Source of the DNA: Octopus vulgaris
Lineage: Eukaryota
NCBI GenBank assembly: GCA_951406725.2
Contig: OX597825.1
Coordinates: 17,918,001-17,982,000 of the forward strand
Direction: 5' to 3'
DNA length: 64,000 bases
Below are positions 40,660 through 55,925 of this stretch, in pieces. Both the position numbers and the translations under genes were made by a program. Every line of letters begins with the position of its first letter. The stretch's first letter is position 1. The notes beneath the pieces were generated by a model. It searched no databases, was not told where the DNA came from, and saw nothing but the letters and a program-made list of their open reading frames with translations.

Positions 40660-41012
40660 GTTTGTTTCGTCATGCTGGAACACCACGTTGAAGGGTTTAA
40701 TAAACTCAAAAACTTATCGTTATGCAAATCTGGTTCATATATCTTCGGCCCATGGCTGAACTGTCATTGGAGAGGAACCTAAACAAACCATCATCGTTTG
40801 TCAAGTGGTGTGATGAAAAATAAAAACATAAAAACATTCACACACATATAAAAGCGGCGGGCTTTCACACAGTTTCCGCCAGGCAAACCCGCTCACAAGG
40901 CTTTGACGGGCTTTGGAACTATCATAGATGACACTTGACCATGATATCGCGCAGTCGGACCGAACCCTTGAACACGTGGTCGCAAAGAAAGCTCCTTAAC
41001 AACACAGCCATT
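40660..41012 (-). mobile_element. Old, diverged SINE family A-related copy
   Basis: catgctggaacacc, agtttccg, ctcacaaggcttt, gacacttg and acacagcca landmarks appear in family A order. Confidence 0.7.
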
Positions 41013-41606
41013 GCTATAGACGTGGCGTAGGCTTCATAGATAGCACCTTCCACAATCGTCACATAGAAATACAAGTTCACATTTTCATAAATGTCACCTG
41101 CATCTGAGAGCAAGAGACAAAAACGAAAGTCCTGAAAGGTCAGTACAACGAAATCGTTGTTGCAAATAAACGCCACGGGAAGAAGTCTTGAATGATTAAA
41201 ACTTCAGTTCCATCTTAAAGAATCTTATCTGTGCTACCTTGTTTCTTCTGAGTTAGCGCAACTAGTACACACGTGATGTGCCCCCCCCCCCTTCCCGTCT
41301 CCCTCCCCTCAGAATCTTGCAATGTTAGAAGTTGAAACATAACTCACTATTTGTTTTGATCTAAGTAGGTGTCGCTAGCTGGCATATATTTCATCGTCTC
41401 TGTTCTTGGAAAAACGCATTATAAAAGATGCAAAAAACACAAAGAGAATTAAAAAATTTTTTTCTTATTTTGCAAAGGTTTTCGTTCCTTTATTTTCGAG
41501 GCTGCATTACCATGTTTTATCCTTGAACGGTATACATTTATACATACAAACACACACACGTATATATATATATACATATATACATACATACATATATTTA
41601 TATATA

Positions 41607-41645
<39 letters not shown>

Positions 41646-41787
41646 ACATACATATATATATATATAGGTATATATATATATATATATACATGTATATACA
41701 TACATATCTATATATATATACATGTAGGTATATATATACCTATATATATACACATATATACATCTATACACACACACATATATATAT

Positions 41788-41854
<67 letters not shown>

Positions 41855-42454
41855 AACACACATACATGAACACACACACACACATATATATATATATATG
41901 TATATATATGTGTGTGTATGTGTATATGTAAAGAGAGAGAGAGAGAGAAGGAGTGAGTGAGAGAGAGAGAAGGAGTGAGTGAGAGAGAGAGAAAGAGAGA
42001 GAGAGAAGGAGTGAGTGAGAGAAAGAGACATATATACAGACCATATATTATCTCGAACGTTCATTCCTCTTTCAGTGATGTCTTGTGTTACAACTGTACA
42101 TTTTTGAAAATGGCTGTATTTCCCACTGAATTATAATTCATAAACTGAATCAATACATTGGCTTCACCTGTGAATGGCAGCTGGCAGGCAGAGTAGATAT
42201 TCATATTGATATTTCCAATATTATAGTTCCTGTTTCTCCTATTTTGTACGTGTGTGCATCAATAGTTCTACTCCACGCTACACAATAATCATTCCATTAC
42301 ATACCACACTTAAAAATATCTATGCAGTTTTCCATTTTTCCTACATGTGCTGTTATCCTTCTCTCATTCTCTCTTGCCCATATTTCTGTTTCCCTATCAC
42401 CGTCTGTGCACACACACATACACCACACTCACACACACACACAATCATTAATAT

Positions 42455-42458
42455 TTTT

Positions 42459-42544
<86 letters not shown>

Positions 42545-42562
42545 TATTATTATTATTATTCT

Positions 42563-42611
<49 letters not shown>

Positions 42612-42615
42612 TTTA
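42455..42615. repeat. (TTC)n(TTA)n(TAG)n compound microsatellite
   Basis: Direct reading. A second (TTA)/(TCA)/(TTG) tract lies at 42789-42928. Confidence 0.95.
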
Positions 42616-42627
42616 TTATTAGTAATA

Positions 42628-42786
42628 TTTCATCTGCCGCAACTTTCTGCGTTCAAATTCCATCGAGTTCTACTTTGCCTTTCACCCTTTCGGAATTGAT
42701 AAATTAAATACCAGTTGAGTACTGGGGTCGATGTAATAGACTATCCTCCCCCCACCAATTTCAGGCCTTCTGCCTAAAGTAGAAAA

Positions 42787-42820
<34 letters not shown>

Positions 42821-42857
42821 GTTATTATCATTATCATCATCATCATCATTGTTGTTG

Positions 42858-42898
<41 letters not shown>

Positions 42899-43075
42899 GT
42901 TATTGTTGTTGTTATTGTTGTTATTATTTCTGACTCTTTGCATTTGGAGTTCACATTCTGCCTAGGTCGACCTTGCGTTTCCTCAAATCGGGCTTGATAA
43001 AATACGTAACTGCCGAGCAGAGGAATCGATTTCATAGACTTACACACCGATCCTCGAAACTGCTGGCCTTGTGCA
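42628..43075 (+). mobile_element. Two diverged SINE family B-related fragments with alternative tail
   Basis: gttcaaattc...tttgcctttca...taccagttgagtactggggtcgat...ggcctt.tgcctaaagtagaaa at 42628-42790. A weaker copy lies at 42925-43075. Confidence 0.7.
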
Positions 43076-43776
43076 AAAATTTGAAGCCATTTTTATCTTT
43101 AGTATTACATGAATGTTTATGTGTTCGTTTGTTTGCTTGTTTGCGCATAGTCACATACACGCACACACTCAAACTTAAGTCCACATGTATATGTATGTAC
43201 ATAGCTGTGCAGGTCTGAGCCTTATATATTGATAAATGCCAGAAACTGCGCATAACAAGATATAAAACCACATAGCAAGGAGACGTCAGTATTATTTGCA
43301 ATACTCCAGCTCAAATGAACTCCAGAGCAGGCATTAATATTATTTTATTTAGTTATCCATTTCTTTTTTTCGTCCAACATTTGGCTTGTCAGAATTACTA
43401 ATTTGAATAAACATTATGAAAATTAATTCGCTTACCAGTATACATGTTTCATCTCGATAAATGTAATTTGTGTTCTCTCTCAAATTTAACTTACTATGAC
43501 GTGGGAAGCAGGAGGGATTAATTGGCGTTTTATATTTGTTAAAGTTGTTTAGCGTGAATTAAACCTTTGTGTATGGCTTCGTAAATGAAGGAAGGTTTTT
43601 GTCTCTGCCCCGCTTCTGCACGTCTAAGCATAGTGAGAGAAAGCTATGAGGACTATGCTTTTAAAAGAGTTATGGAAGACTTATGGACGTAATACTTGCA
43701 AAATATTTGACTATATTAAGATGTCTATTTACTAAGGAGTGGTGTTAGATTAGTTGACACCTTATACCTGTAATCA

Positions 43777-44180
43777 TAGGCGTAGGTGTGGTTGTGTGGT
43801 AAGAACCTCGGTTCCCAACCGCATGGATCTGGGCTCAGACCCACTACGTGGCACCTTGGGCAAATATCTTCTACTATAGCCAACGGCCGACCACGGATTT
43901 GTATACACAGAGAGACAGAGTAAGACAGACAAACTGACAGATAAAGAAGGAGGGGTTGGGTGTATATGTGTGTATGTGCATCTGTACCTGTGTCTCTGCA
44001 TATCCTCCTACTGCTTGACAACCGGTGTTTGTGTGTTTCGTCCCTGTAACTTAGCCGTCCGGCAAAATTTAAGAGATAGAATAAGAAAATAAATACAGGG
44101 GTCGATTCATTCGACTAGAAATATTTCAGGAGGTGCCCCAGCATGGCCACTGTTTAATGACTGAAACAGATAAGACAGAA
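43777..44180 (+). mobile_element. SINE family A-related, full length, diverged
   Basis: taggcgtaggtgtggttgtgtggtaag head, ggcaccttgggcaa, and gtgccccagcatggccac...aatgactgaaaca tail. Confidence 0.85.
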
Positions 44181-45538
44181 GATAATCCACACGCAACGTG
44201 ACTTTCCATTTCATTCCCAGTTTTCAATATAAAAAATGATTATTTCCTGAACTTCGTTTTTATTTAAGTGTGTTCCCTATTTCACTCCAGATTAAGAAGA
44301 ATGTCTTACATTTTTGATTGGCCAAGAAATGTTTCGATATTTTTTCATTAATTTCAACGCTTCGTCTTTTGTTTTTCTTTCGTTTTTTTTTTGTTTTTGC
44401 CATGCAAACAATAATTTAATTAAATATATTCGCCTTCATACATTATTTAGATAAGTGAGCTGCTATCTCAAAGCAAATATTCTATTTGACATTAATTGTA
44501 TCCATTTATCATAATCTTTCATCTTGGTTATTTTTTTACAGAAGTATTGCATACATTTTCTCCACTTACCGACAACATTCAAGCCAAGAATAATAGGAAG
44601 ATAAAACAAAAAAAAAAAAAATCATAAGAAAACACAGTCATTTGTGTCGAGTGGACACGTCTAAAAAGCAATATAAGATGGCGTACAAAACGAAGTATTG
44701 TAAGCTTGCCTGAGAACTACATTTAATCATTTCTATTATGTTTAAAATCGTGAATTAGTTAAAAGTATTGTTTGAGAAAATGGCTGGCTACATAAAACTG
44801 GATCACAAGCAACTAAATTCTGCAAGATAAAATTGAATGTAAAACTAGGCAATATTACTTAGAGAAAGTTCGACAACCGAAAATAAATGTAATCAAATCA
44901 GAAAACACTAATTGATAGTTGATTTGGTCTAGTTCAATCTTTTTCTTGTCATTCTCAGGTTGTCTTGTCTTGTAGTTTCATTTCCCTGTCTTGTTTTTGT
45001 TTGCTTTACTTTACATTCTTTCCGCATTCTTTGGCTAGCATTTCTGTTTCTATTAGGATGGATAAATCAATTGGTCTTCCTTATTAGGAAATTCTTTCTT
45101 CCACTACTGGCAACCTTTCAATCGTATTTTTACTTCCTTGGTTAGTTATTTCCTTCTTGTTTGATTTAAGTGTGAGAATCACAATTAAATAATTGTTTCT
45201 CTAATAATGTGGAAAATTATCGCTTTTCCTGCAAGTGAACTAAATTAAATGTTATAATTCCAGATGCTTTTGTTCAGCGAATGCTGAATGGGAAGACGTT
45301 TGGGAGAGAACACCACTCTAAACACATTAAGGGAAAAGGTGGTAAAATTGCATTCCTGTTTATCGATTAAGCCTGAACAAATTCACAGACACACATAGAA
45401 GCAGGTGTACGCAATCCTGTGGATATGTCTTCATGGACCCATATCTAAATGTAGAGCTGTATATAGATGTATGAATATATATGTACACATACACACAGAC
45501 GCATGTATATATAAAGGTATGTAATATGAATGTATATA

Positions 45539-45585
<47 letters not shown>

Positions 45586-46931
45586 TATATAATATACACA
45601 TACACTCACACATATATACGTGTGTGTATATACGCCTTTAAAGATAAACCAAGATTTCCAGTTCATATTCACATTCTTTGTATATAACTAAATCAGAGAC
45701 GGACCACAAATCCATGAGAGATATGTAAATTATATTGAACACTATTGCTATAGTGGTGGAAAGGATATGGGTGTTATTGACTGAGATAACTTTATTTCTG
45801 GAGATGATATTCGGTCCTAGGTTAGCCATGTTTCAGTATTCCTATGGACTAAGGTTCTTACCACACAACCACACATGCGCTTATACTGTATGTTCTCACC
45901 AGAGTGCGTTGCATAGGTGTATAGTGCGAATGTCTACTTTTTGTTGTTATAACATTAGTGGAGGGCGAACTGGTAGGATTGGTTGTGTTTCTGGTAGAAA
46001 ACATTATACTTGTCCCAATTTACCTCCATTGGAATTCAAACTCCCCGACGCATATAGCGTGACAACCAGGCACAGAATTTATTATAGGAATGCAACGATT
46101 TTCTTGCTAAGAACAAACAGAACGTTTGCCAATTTAACCAAGCACATCTGTGTTTCCAAGAACTTTATACATGCGATAATAAATCACCTCCTTGGCAACA
46201 TTATTTTCAAGATTAGCTAAACGAATTTTGAACTATTGGAAAAAAAATTAAGTGTTTTAATTTTATACATGCTAGAAAATAAGGTATGGTGAGGTCTAGT
46301 GTGCAATCCAAAAATCAATCCTTAAATACTTTAAAATGTTTTAGCCCGAAGGCCGTGGCCATGCTGGGGCACCATCGCTGAACCAACACCTTAACAGACA
46401 GTAGTGTATGTGTGAGTGTATGTGTATTTATATATATTATATAAGTATATATGAATAAATTTTTAAAATCTGTAATGATGATGAACAATAAAGTCAATGC
46501 TGGATACACATTTCACATCAGAATTTGCGGTGTATATTGTCTGGTGAATCGATGGTATACATCCATTATTCTTGACCCACGCTGAGCAAGAATAGGAGGG
46601 ACAGGATTAAGTTGGTCGTTCTTTTCATATCTGCATTTTTTTAATGATGAAAATTCGATGATTCAACGCACCTTTTAGCTAATTATTTCTATAATAAAAG
46701 TATTTATATTCTCAGATGTTAATTATATGGCTAGAAATTTGACCGATGATGAATGAATGTGGATCAACAAACATTACTGTAAAAGAGAACATGCAGAAAT
46801 GTTTAGACAAATTTGAAGAATTTCAAAGACCAGCTACGTCAAAACAAACAGTTTACAGAATACGTGATAAATTTGAGCAGACCGTGTCCTTATGAAATGC
46901 ACAGATATGTAGTTTACCTGTCAGTGTTACC

Positions 46932-47314
46932 TGGAGGCGCAATGGCCCAGTGGTTAGGGCAGCGGACTCGCGGTCGTAGGATCGCGGTTTCGATTCCCAG
47001 ACCGGGCGTCGTCAGTGTTTATTGAGCGAAAACGCCTAAAGCTCCACGAGGCTTCGGCAGGGATGGTGGTGATCCCTGCTGTACTCTTTCACCACAACTT
47101 TCTCTCACTCTTACTTCCTGTTTCTGTTGTACCTGTACTTCAAAGGGCGGGCCTTGTCACTCTCTGTGTCACGCTGAATATCCCCGAGAACTACGTTAAG
47201 GGTACACGTGTCTGTGGAGTGCTCAGCCACTTACACGTTAATTTCACGAGCAGGCTGTTCCGTTGATCGGATCAACCGGAACCCTCGTCGTCGTAACCGA
47301 CGGATTGCTTCCAC
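46932..47314 (+). mobile_element. SINE family C, full length with TSD
   Basis: TSD cagtgttacc at 46922-46931 and 47315-47324. Nearly identical to 32356-32741. Confidence 0.93.
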
Positions 47315-48274
47315 CAGTGTTACCACCGAGGAAAACGAAATGCTTGTGAATGAATGATTCCCTCAAAGTCCACAAGAATCAAGAAATAGGCATTTCTTAC
47401 AGATCCCTCAGTCGATTTATGAATCCCTTAGGTTTAAGAAAAGAAATAGAGCAATGAAAAGTACATTGCATTTATTTTAAGTTACAGTCTATCTAATTTG
47501 TCTCACTGCTGTATATTTGTTATATATATTTTGCTGAAAAGATAACCCTACTACGACCCAGCTGCATTTGAAATATCAAAGGAGGCGTATCAACTAAAAT
47601 CTTTTCGGACAGACACTTAGAAATAATACCTTATAGGTAGGTGAACTTGAAATAACATCCAGCTTAGATTAATAATTTTTGGCTTTAATTGAAATGGATT
47701 GAAACTGTATGATTCAATGATCATCGAGTTTTCATCCTGAAGTGAGTTTACTTCTCCACGTGGTGATCTAAAGCATTTTCTTATTTGCAATTATGTCATG
47801 ATCTAAGTGACAACAATTATTTTACTAGGAAACAGCTACGTTTAACTTCGTCTGAAATAAACTGAATTTTACTCAGTATCAAGTAAGTCAAAAGCAATTT
47901 AAAGGATGATTGTAACATTACCATAACAAATATACACGTATCAACAGTAGAAATCAGATGATCGTTGATCAAATGCTCGTGAAAAATCCAATATTTATAT
48001 AATTATATATTATATTAGATTAATTTAAAAAGTGAAGATACTGTAGAAAACAACTTAATTCAGCGTGTTAAAACGTAAGACTAAGAAGTCAGCAAGTGCC
48101 TTTCATCTTTTCTCAGTGTTTTTCTATTATTTTAGACAATATTAATGTTTAAAAGAGTGAGATAAATACTGGTCCTAATTGAGATAGACGTTCGCTAAAA
48201 TCAAATGCTGTTCAACTAGAGGAATTCATGATGTTATTGTTGTTGTTGTTATTATTATTATTATTATTATGTAA

Positions 48275-48850
48275 GAAGGCAGAATCGTTAGTATGCCGGG
48301 CGAAACGCTTAGTGGTTTCCGTCTGCCGTTACGTTGTGAGTTCAAATTCTGCCGAGGTCGACTTTGCCTTTCATCCTTTCGGGGTCGATGAAATAAGTAC
48401 CAGTTACGCACTGAGGTCGATATAATCAACTTAATCCGTTTGTCTGTCCTTGTTTGTCCTCGTTGTGTTTAGCCCCTTGTGGGTAGTAAAGAAATAGGTA
48501 TTTCGTCTGCCGCTACGTTCTGAGTTCAAATTCCGCCGAGGTCGACTTTCCCTTTCATCCACTCGGGGTCGACTAAATAAGTACCAGTTACGCACTGGGG
48601 TCGATATAATCGACTTAATCTCTTTGTCTGTCCTTGTTTGTCTTCTCTGTGTTTAGTCCCTGGTGGGTTGTAAAGAAATAGTTATTTCGTCTGTGTTTAC
48701 GTTCTGAGTTCAAATTGGGCCGAGATAGACTCTGCCTTTCATCCTTCCGGTGTCGATAAATTCAATACCAGCTGCGTACCGGTGTCGATCTAATCGACAG
48801 GCATCCCACCCTAAAACTTCGGGCGTGGTGCCTAGAGTAGAAAAGAATTT
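48275..48850 (+). mobile_element. SINE family B tandem trimer, last unit with alternative tail
   Basis: Three gttcaaatt...ctttcatcc...gtcga units. The third ends ...gtgcctagagtagaaaagaatt. Confidence 0.9.
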
Positions 48851-49146
48851 TTGCAGCTAGTTGATGTTAATACAAAATCTCTTTCGATGCTCCACTTAAT
48901 TGCTAGATTTGTGCTTTTCAGTTTCTCTGAGTGTTTGGAAGGAGACTGCATGGAATGTAACGACGTCGGATGAACAGTAGTAATATGTCGTGATTTTATA
49001 TTGCCTAACTTGAAATTATATTTGATAAGGATTCGAACACCAAAAAAAATTACTAAATATTTGAATAATTTAGAAATTAAAAGAAGTGTTTAATTTTAAA
49101 AAATAACATATCAATATATCAATGTAAGCAATATATATATATATAT

Positions 49147-49230
<84 letters not shown>

Positions 49231-49234
49231 GTAC

Positions 49235-49305
<71 letters not shown>

Positions 49306-49326
49306 TAGATATGTTTATATATAAAG

Positions 49327-49361
<35 letters not shown>

Positions 49362-50110
49362 CATGTGTATATATGCATGTGTGTCTGAGTATAGATAGAT
49401 AAATAGATTGATAGATAGGTATGTAGGTAAAGAGATAGAGATGAATAAAGAGATAGATAGAGAGATAAATAGAGATAGAGAGATAGATAGAGAGAGAGAG
49501 AGACAGATAGATAGACAACTGAATCACGAATATTATTCTTCATAGAGTGTACATATATGTGTCTGACAGAGATCTTTATATTTAATTGGTTGGTTATATC
49601 AATGGCCGTAAGATGAAAGACTCATCCCCGAATTTTGATTACGAATTTTCTTTTACGTTAAGCAGAGTACGTGATGCAAGTTTGAAATGATATTTTATAG
49701 AAGAACTTCAAAAAACTTTTCCATAATTGCTTTAGAGTGACGTTATAAAAGACGAAGTTTGTTAGTATTGAGTTTTTTTTATTTTTAGTTTGAGTTTTTT
49801 TTTTAGTTTGGTCTTTTTTTTCTTTTAGAATTGTGGCATTTAGAAAAAGAAAATACTTATAGATTAGGCAGTACAATTTTCACATGCAATAGAATGTGCA
49901 GTTAAATGAATTTTTTTTCGAAAATGAAATGAATGCATGCATACAAAACTAATATACATACACCTATAACTAATATAACAATATAACAATGTGTGTATGT
50001 ATCTGTGTATGTATGTGTGGGGGTGCGTGGGTGCGTGTGTATACTATACGTCGAAGACAAGGTATGAACATTTAGCTTTGGCCGAACGACCTGCACGAAT
50101 AATTTGTTTA

Positions 50111-50236
50111 CAGTGATCCAAAGTACATGCCACATATATACTTCAACACCTGATGTGGGGTACACGGTGCATCTGTTCAGAAAACATCGAAGATGGAAGG
50201 AGTGAGCTAATGTGCGGCATGTATTTTGGATCACTG
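50111..50236. mobile_element. Tc1/mariner-type MITE (126 bp)
   Basis: TIRs cagtgatccaaagtacatgcc and ggcatgtattttggatcactg, with TA on both sides (50109-50110 and 50237-50238). CAGTG termini. Confidence 0.8.
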
Positions 50237-50238
50237 TA

Positions 50239-50289
<51 letters not shown>

Positions 50290-50362
50290 GAGAGAGAGAG
50301 AGAGGGAAGTATGGCTAGATAGAGAGAGAGAGACGTAGATAGACAGATAGATATATATATAT

Positions 50363-50428
<66 letters not shown>

Positions 50429-50507
50429 GGATAGTGGTGTGTGTGTATGCGTGTCATTCTGTATAGTTAGAGTGATGGGGGGAGAAAGAGATGTGTAAGT
50501 AACTTAC

Positions 50508-50602
50508 CGAATACCCGCCTAGGTGTTCCACAGAACATGGTAAGATAGCTGTAGTACCAGCCACGTAGGTCACGTTCATTACAGGCAGGTGGAAGATGGG
50601 CT
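50508..50602 (-). CDS. Internal coding exon, N-terminal half of an Ig domain (Dpr/lachesin/IgLON-like cell-surface protein)
   Basis: Acceptor ttttttttactttcAG and donor GTAAGT. The exon is 95 bp, phase 1 to phase 0, and encodes (E)[31 protein letters not shown]. This fits the P.F....NVT...G..A.LPC.V..LG.Y.V(W) pattern of Dpr-like Ig1 domains. Confidence 0.85.
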
Positions 50603-50680
50603 CTGAAAGTAAAAAAAAAGAATTCATTTTTATTATGCAGAAATAAACTAATACGTACAAACACACATACACCCACCTTA

Positions 50681-50856
<176 letters not shown>

Positions 50857-50952
50857 TACATATATACATATATACATACATACATTCGCACAGACAGACA
50901 AACACACACACACATATATTATATGCTTGTGAATTAAGGCTATTATTGATCT

Positions 50953-51322
50953 CATGTTAAGAAAAGTATGAAATTATCCAAGTGTCTTAACAATTTTCAA
51001 GCCAATCACATGGAGAATGTTGTTCGCCTCCATTTTGGTAAACGATCTTACTTTGTTCACCGGATTTCTCTTAAATTCGCGTAAATAACTCAATGAAACA
51101 ATGAATTAAGGAGCATTTCCCCCGAGTGGCATCTTTAGGATATTTGTCTCCCTTGGATTCGTCCCTTCATTTATTGATTCATTGTTTTATTAACACGAAT
51201 TTAGAATAAATCTTGTGAAAGAAGCGACAATGTTTTCCAAAATGGAGACGAACAAAATTCTCCATGTGATCGGCTTGAAAATTTGTTACGATACTAGAAC
51301 ATTTTCCTACTTTCCTCACATG
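50953..51322. mobile_element. Long imperfect fold-back element (MITE-like)
   Basis: aacaattttcaagccaatcacatggagaatgttgttcgcctccattttgg (about 50989-51038) is the reverse complement of ccaaaatggagacgaacaaaattctccatgtgatcggcttgaaaatttgtt (about 51237-51287). Pairing extends both ways. Confidence 0.85.
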
Positions 51323-54300
51323 AAACCAATGGAAGCCTTTATTTACAAACAAATAAATTATACATCCACCAATGCGGTGTTGAGCACTCATTTCATCGTT
51401 ACACATTTGTATATATATAATTCTAGAGTTTTATATCCAGGCGGATACCGTGATAACCAGGTTACCATAAAAATATGCTGTATGACTTCGTAAAAAATAA
51501 ATGGAATGAACTTCTTTCCATATATCGTTATAGTTATTGCTTGTGTTTGTCATTATTCATTTTTATGTATACATTTATTTTATATATCCCTGCATGTATT
51601 TATGTTCGCACGTGCTTACGTACGTATGTGAGTATGTATGCGTGTATGCATGAGTATATAATCAAAAGTGTGTGCGGGAGATTATGAATTGGAGAGAGAT
51701 ATTGTTTCCTTAGTGATTATTATTTTGAATTCTCACACTCCTTAAAACGAGTGTGCCGCTATAATCCCCTGATAACAAATCAAAACATGCTGTGTGTTTG
51801 CCATAACTTGTTTAAGGATCATCAATTCGTTATTACTTTGGGAGTCTACGTCGAACTAGCAAACAACTCCACTGAAAAAACTTTTTGTATCCACTATTCA
51901 CAAAACTATGCAGCTCTTTATTTCATTCAAATGTAAGAAAATCATTCGAAAATATCGTTATTATCCTTGCGATGCTCTATGTCTCGTTTAATGTATAATT
52001 AAACGGTATCTACAATTATTAAAACGATATCTTTCACCGATACTGACAAACTTCACTTTATCAACAACTACAAGCCATAGAGCGCAAATGATATCAATCC
52101 ATTCGGGTAGTGTAGTTTTCTAGTCAACAGGCACTAATAATATTTCAAACTACTGAAACATTCCATCATCGTACACTAATATAATATTTTTAAAACAAAT
52201 ATCACATTAGACTGCTTCTCTCATTTGCTCTGCTGCACTATACATTGCGCAACATTTAGGTACCATTAGTTAATCTCAAGTAAACCATCTCTTTCTCTCA
52301 AATTGAACGTTATAATCTGTAACTATTTTCGCCCTTAAAGATTGGCCATTAGAAGGTAAATATGATTGTAAAGAACTGCTTTACTGAGTAACTAACTTCA
52401 ATCGAAATCAGATACACTTTTAAATACCAACCTTTAGGAATTTAGGTGTAAACTGCGAATTTACAAATTTTCCCAACCAAAGTTTAAGGGAGAGAAGGGT
52501 TAAGGGTTAGTTTCAAGGCAATGCTGGTTATTTCCATTTTATGCAGATAACCTTCCTGAGACCGACCTTGGTTCTCATAATAGAATCTTGTTTAAAGCGA
52601 TGCTAATTAAACTCTTCCATCAAATATCCATGTTAATATCAGTTCCGAAACATCAACTTCAGAAAGAGAGAGATGTGTTACTGCATTTTCCATTGTAACA
52701 AAAGGGTTAAAGTGGTAAAATTTTGATTGGCACTTAAAATGGAATATATTATGACTAAGTTAATCTAACACAACTATTCGAAGACGCTTCTTGTTTGCTC
52801 TCCTATAAACGGTGTTATTCACTGCTAGTGTCATGATGCCAATACAGTAAAATTTAAAAGTTTAGAATACCTCAAAGCAGACATTTATTTGGAGAAGTAA
52901 ATAGAATAATGTCAAACAGAGTCAGCTGCCCCGTTTTACCTTTACATAAAAATTAAGTTTATTTTCTGAACGATAGAAACTTTGTTTTCCATAATAATAT
53001 AAATTTTATTCAAATCCCCAATCACATATAACATTTCTATGTGCAATCATTGTCACAACGTCTTTTAATGTTCCACAGCTTATATCATTTTATTACATTC
53101 ATTTTATTGACAATAATTTGACATTTCATTTTGTTTTTTAACCCGTTTCTCTGTACGCGTATTATTTTTGTCGCATTTCATTCGCTCTTTTAAACATTTT
53201 ATATCTCGATCACTTAAGATTTAATATCATAATGTTACATAAATTACAGGGATATTCCGCAGTAGCATCTCCGCTTTGAAGCAAATCTGATGTTTCTTTC
53301 AACCATTGCAATATTTGCACTGTCATTGAAAGAAAATATTAAACCACATTTTATAGCACTGTTGCATATATCTAAACTTTTTACGCAATATCTTTTATGC
53401 TATCGATAATTCTTTTCATTATCTTTAATCAGAGTTTGAAATAAAGCTATATGTTTCCATAAAGAGCTAATGAAAGCACAAAGAAGATACTCTTTTCTAA
53501 ATTCCCTCTTTTCCAATTGTTTCAAATCTAAGTTATATTATTTTACTTGATATAATTCTAACTGTTCTGTTATATTACTCGTGTCTCTTAAAACCACAGA
53601 ACACATAATTAGATGTCATTAGAACCGCATAATACAGATATTAAACATGATTGAACAACCACTTCCAATCAAAATATTCTATTAAGAACTCAGAGAATAA
53701 TATTTTCATGATTCTTGAATCATTTGCAAATTACATCCGTTTACTTATGTCCTTATTCAGGTAAAATTCACGATTGAAACTATTTCCTTCTGTCCCCACC
53801 AAGCATTCACAGATATATCATAACATCTATTCGCTGACAATTATATAGAAAAACATTTCATCATTAAAATATTCTAATATTTAGACAATTATGTTTCATT
53901 AAATAATTTATTTCATTAGGACCAAAGCGATAAAAAGTGTTGCTTCAAAATGTTCAATATTTACACATTGAAACACACCCGAATTGTTTCCATTTTCCCA
54001 AACCTCATTGATTTTTTTACCGCATAGTGTTTCATTAAAGATATATCATGATACTTCTCTGCAGTACATGGTTTACCCTCTCGTATTCCGTTTCTTTCCT
54101 TTTACTTACCGATTCTTCCATTCATTCATTAGTAACTAAGTTCCAACACTACAATTCAATTCTGCCGTATATATTGGCAATATTACTTTTTAAAATCACC
54201 ATAAACTCTGAAAGACAACACGCGAAACCATCATTTCTTCATTCACAAAAATAATTTCATTTTCTCTCATAAGTAGACTAAGATATGGATTCAGAGAATC

Positions 54301-54546
54301 GTCTTGCTATTGCAGTAAGCTTATTCTATGGACTCAGCTATCAGTGCACATATGTAACTAAGTATTATGAAAAGAGACCATGCACCTGAAAATCCAGCAA
54401 TATGAGCGATAACATTATTTTGTGTGGAGTATATAAAAACATAAAGTCAGATGGTATGAGGCGAAAGTTGCCAAATAAATATATACTTACCTCTCATACT
54501 TCCTGACTTTGTGTATGCGTATCTTTGTCTACATGTGTATTTATAC

Positions 54547-54635
<89 letters not shown>

Positions 54636-54691
54636 TATACACATGTATACACGTATACCCTTAATCAAATATATATTCATATAAATGTATA

Positions 54692-54767
<76 letters not shown>

Positions 54768-54792
54768 CGTGTATGTGTGTGGGTGAGTATAC

Positions 54793-54831
<39 letters not shown>

Positions 54832-54854
54832 CATACACACACGCACACACACAG

Positions 54855-54908
<54 letters not shown>

Positions 54909-55659
54909 AGAGAGACACGTATAGTTTACTCTTTTTCTTCACTAAACTTAATGTAGGTTATTAACTCGATACCATATTTCAATCTTCATATTTGATAGGT
55001 TTATTATAACATTAGAAGTCGATAGAAATTTATGTCAAAAGATTGCAATAGATTAAAGTAGTAAAATGAATAATTGGGAATATATCTTACGAGAGGTTTG
55101 AAGAAAAATACACTGTCACATATTTACCAATAAATACACAAAGATATACACGCAACCATATACACATATACTTACAAAGTTAGATAAAGAAACGCACTTA
55201 GAAAACAGACGTATAGCCAGGCATGATAGTTTTTTTTTTATATAGTAATACATAAAATCATCTCCGTATATTCATGAAAGTAGAATTTTTTTTTGCATAA
55301 TATAATTGTGTTAATTATACAGGCTATGAAAGATTGGCGTAACAGCAGACATTTTCCAAATATCGAGCTATTTGTTTTCCGGTTTCAAATCCCTGTTAGA
55401 CAGTGTCTCGAAATTTATTCCCCCAAAAAAGACAATTCAGAAGGTTTCGTTAAACGTTTCCAGCTGCATATGCACCTAATTTATCGCTACAATATCTTTT
55501 ATCTTACGCTTGTTTCACGCCGTCTTGGCATCTATATTGGATAGACATCTTTAAGTGTTTCAGTAGAACAAATCTACTCCAGCACTTACATTGTTTATTT
55601 TAGGGTCTTGCACATGTTGTATGGATGTCTTTTTTCTTCCGAATGGTAAGTTTGCGGGG

Positions 55660-55925
55660 ACATAAACAAACCAACACCTTTTTTGAAGCGGTGGGAGTGA
55701 TAAAACGCGCGCACACACACACATATATATATACATGTCTTTGTGTGTATATATATATACATGTGTGTGTATATATGCTCATGTATATATATACACATGA
55801 CGGGCTCCCACACTAATTTGATTTGTCCAATTGATTCACAAGGCATTGAGAGACAATAGTTGAAGACACTTATCCCAAATACTTGTACAGCCGAAACCAC
55901 GTGTTCGCAAAGACAGCTTATACAC
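55660..55925 (-). mobile_element. Old, diverged SINE family A-related copy
   Basis: ggggacataaacaaacc, internal microsatellite, gacgggct, cacaaggcattg and gaagacactt landmarks. Confidence 0.7.

Noticed and set aside
40040-41176. Minus-strand peptides EWNL.. and SDAGDIYEN.. as Ig exon pieces
   Set aside because: No Cys in the D.G.Y.C position, nearby stops and no coherent splice phase.
49902-50234. Next exon of the Ig gene
   Set aside because: Lacks the Ig Trp and Y.C motifs, and the segment is a TA-flanked MITE.
52548-52711. piggyBac-like end (aaagggTTAA)
   Set aside because: No matching opposite TIR was found in the window.
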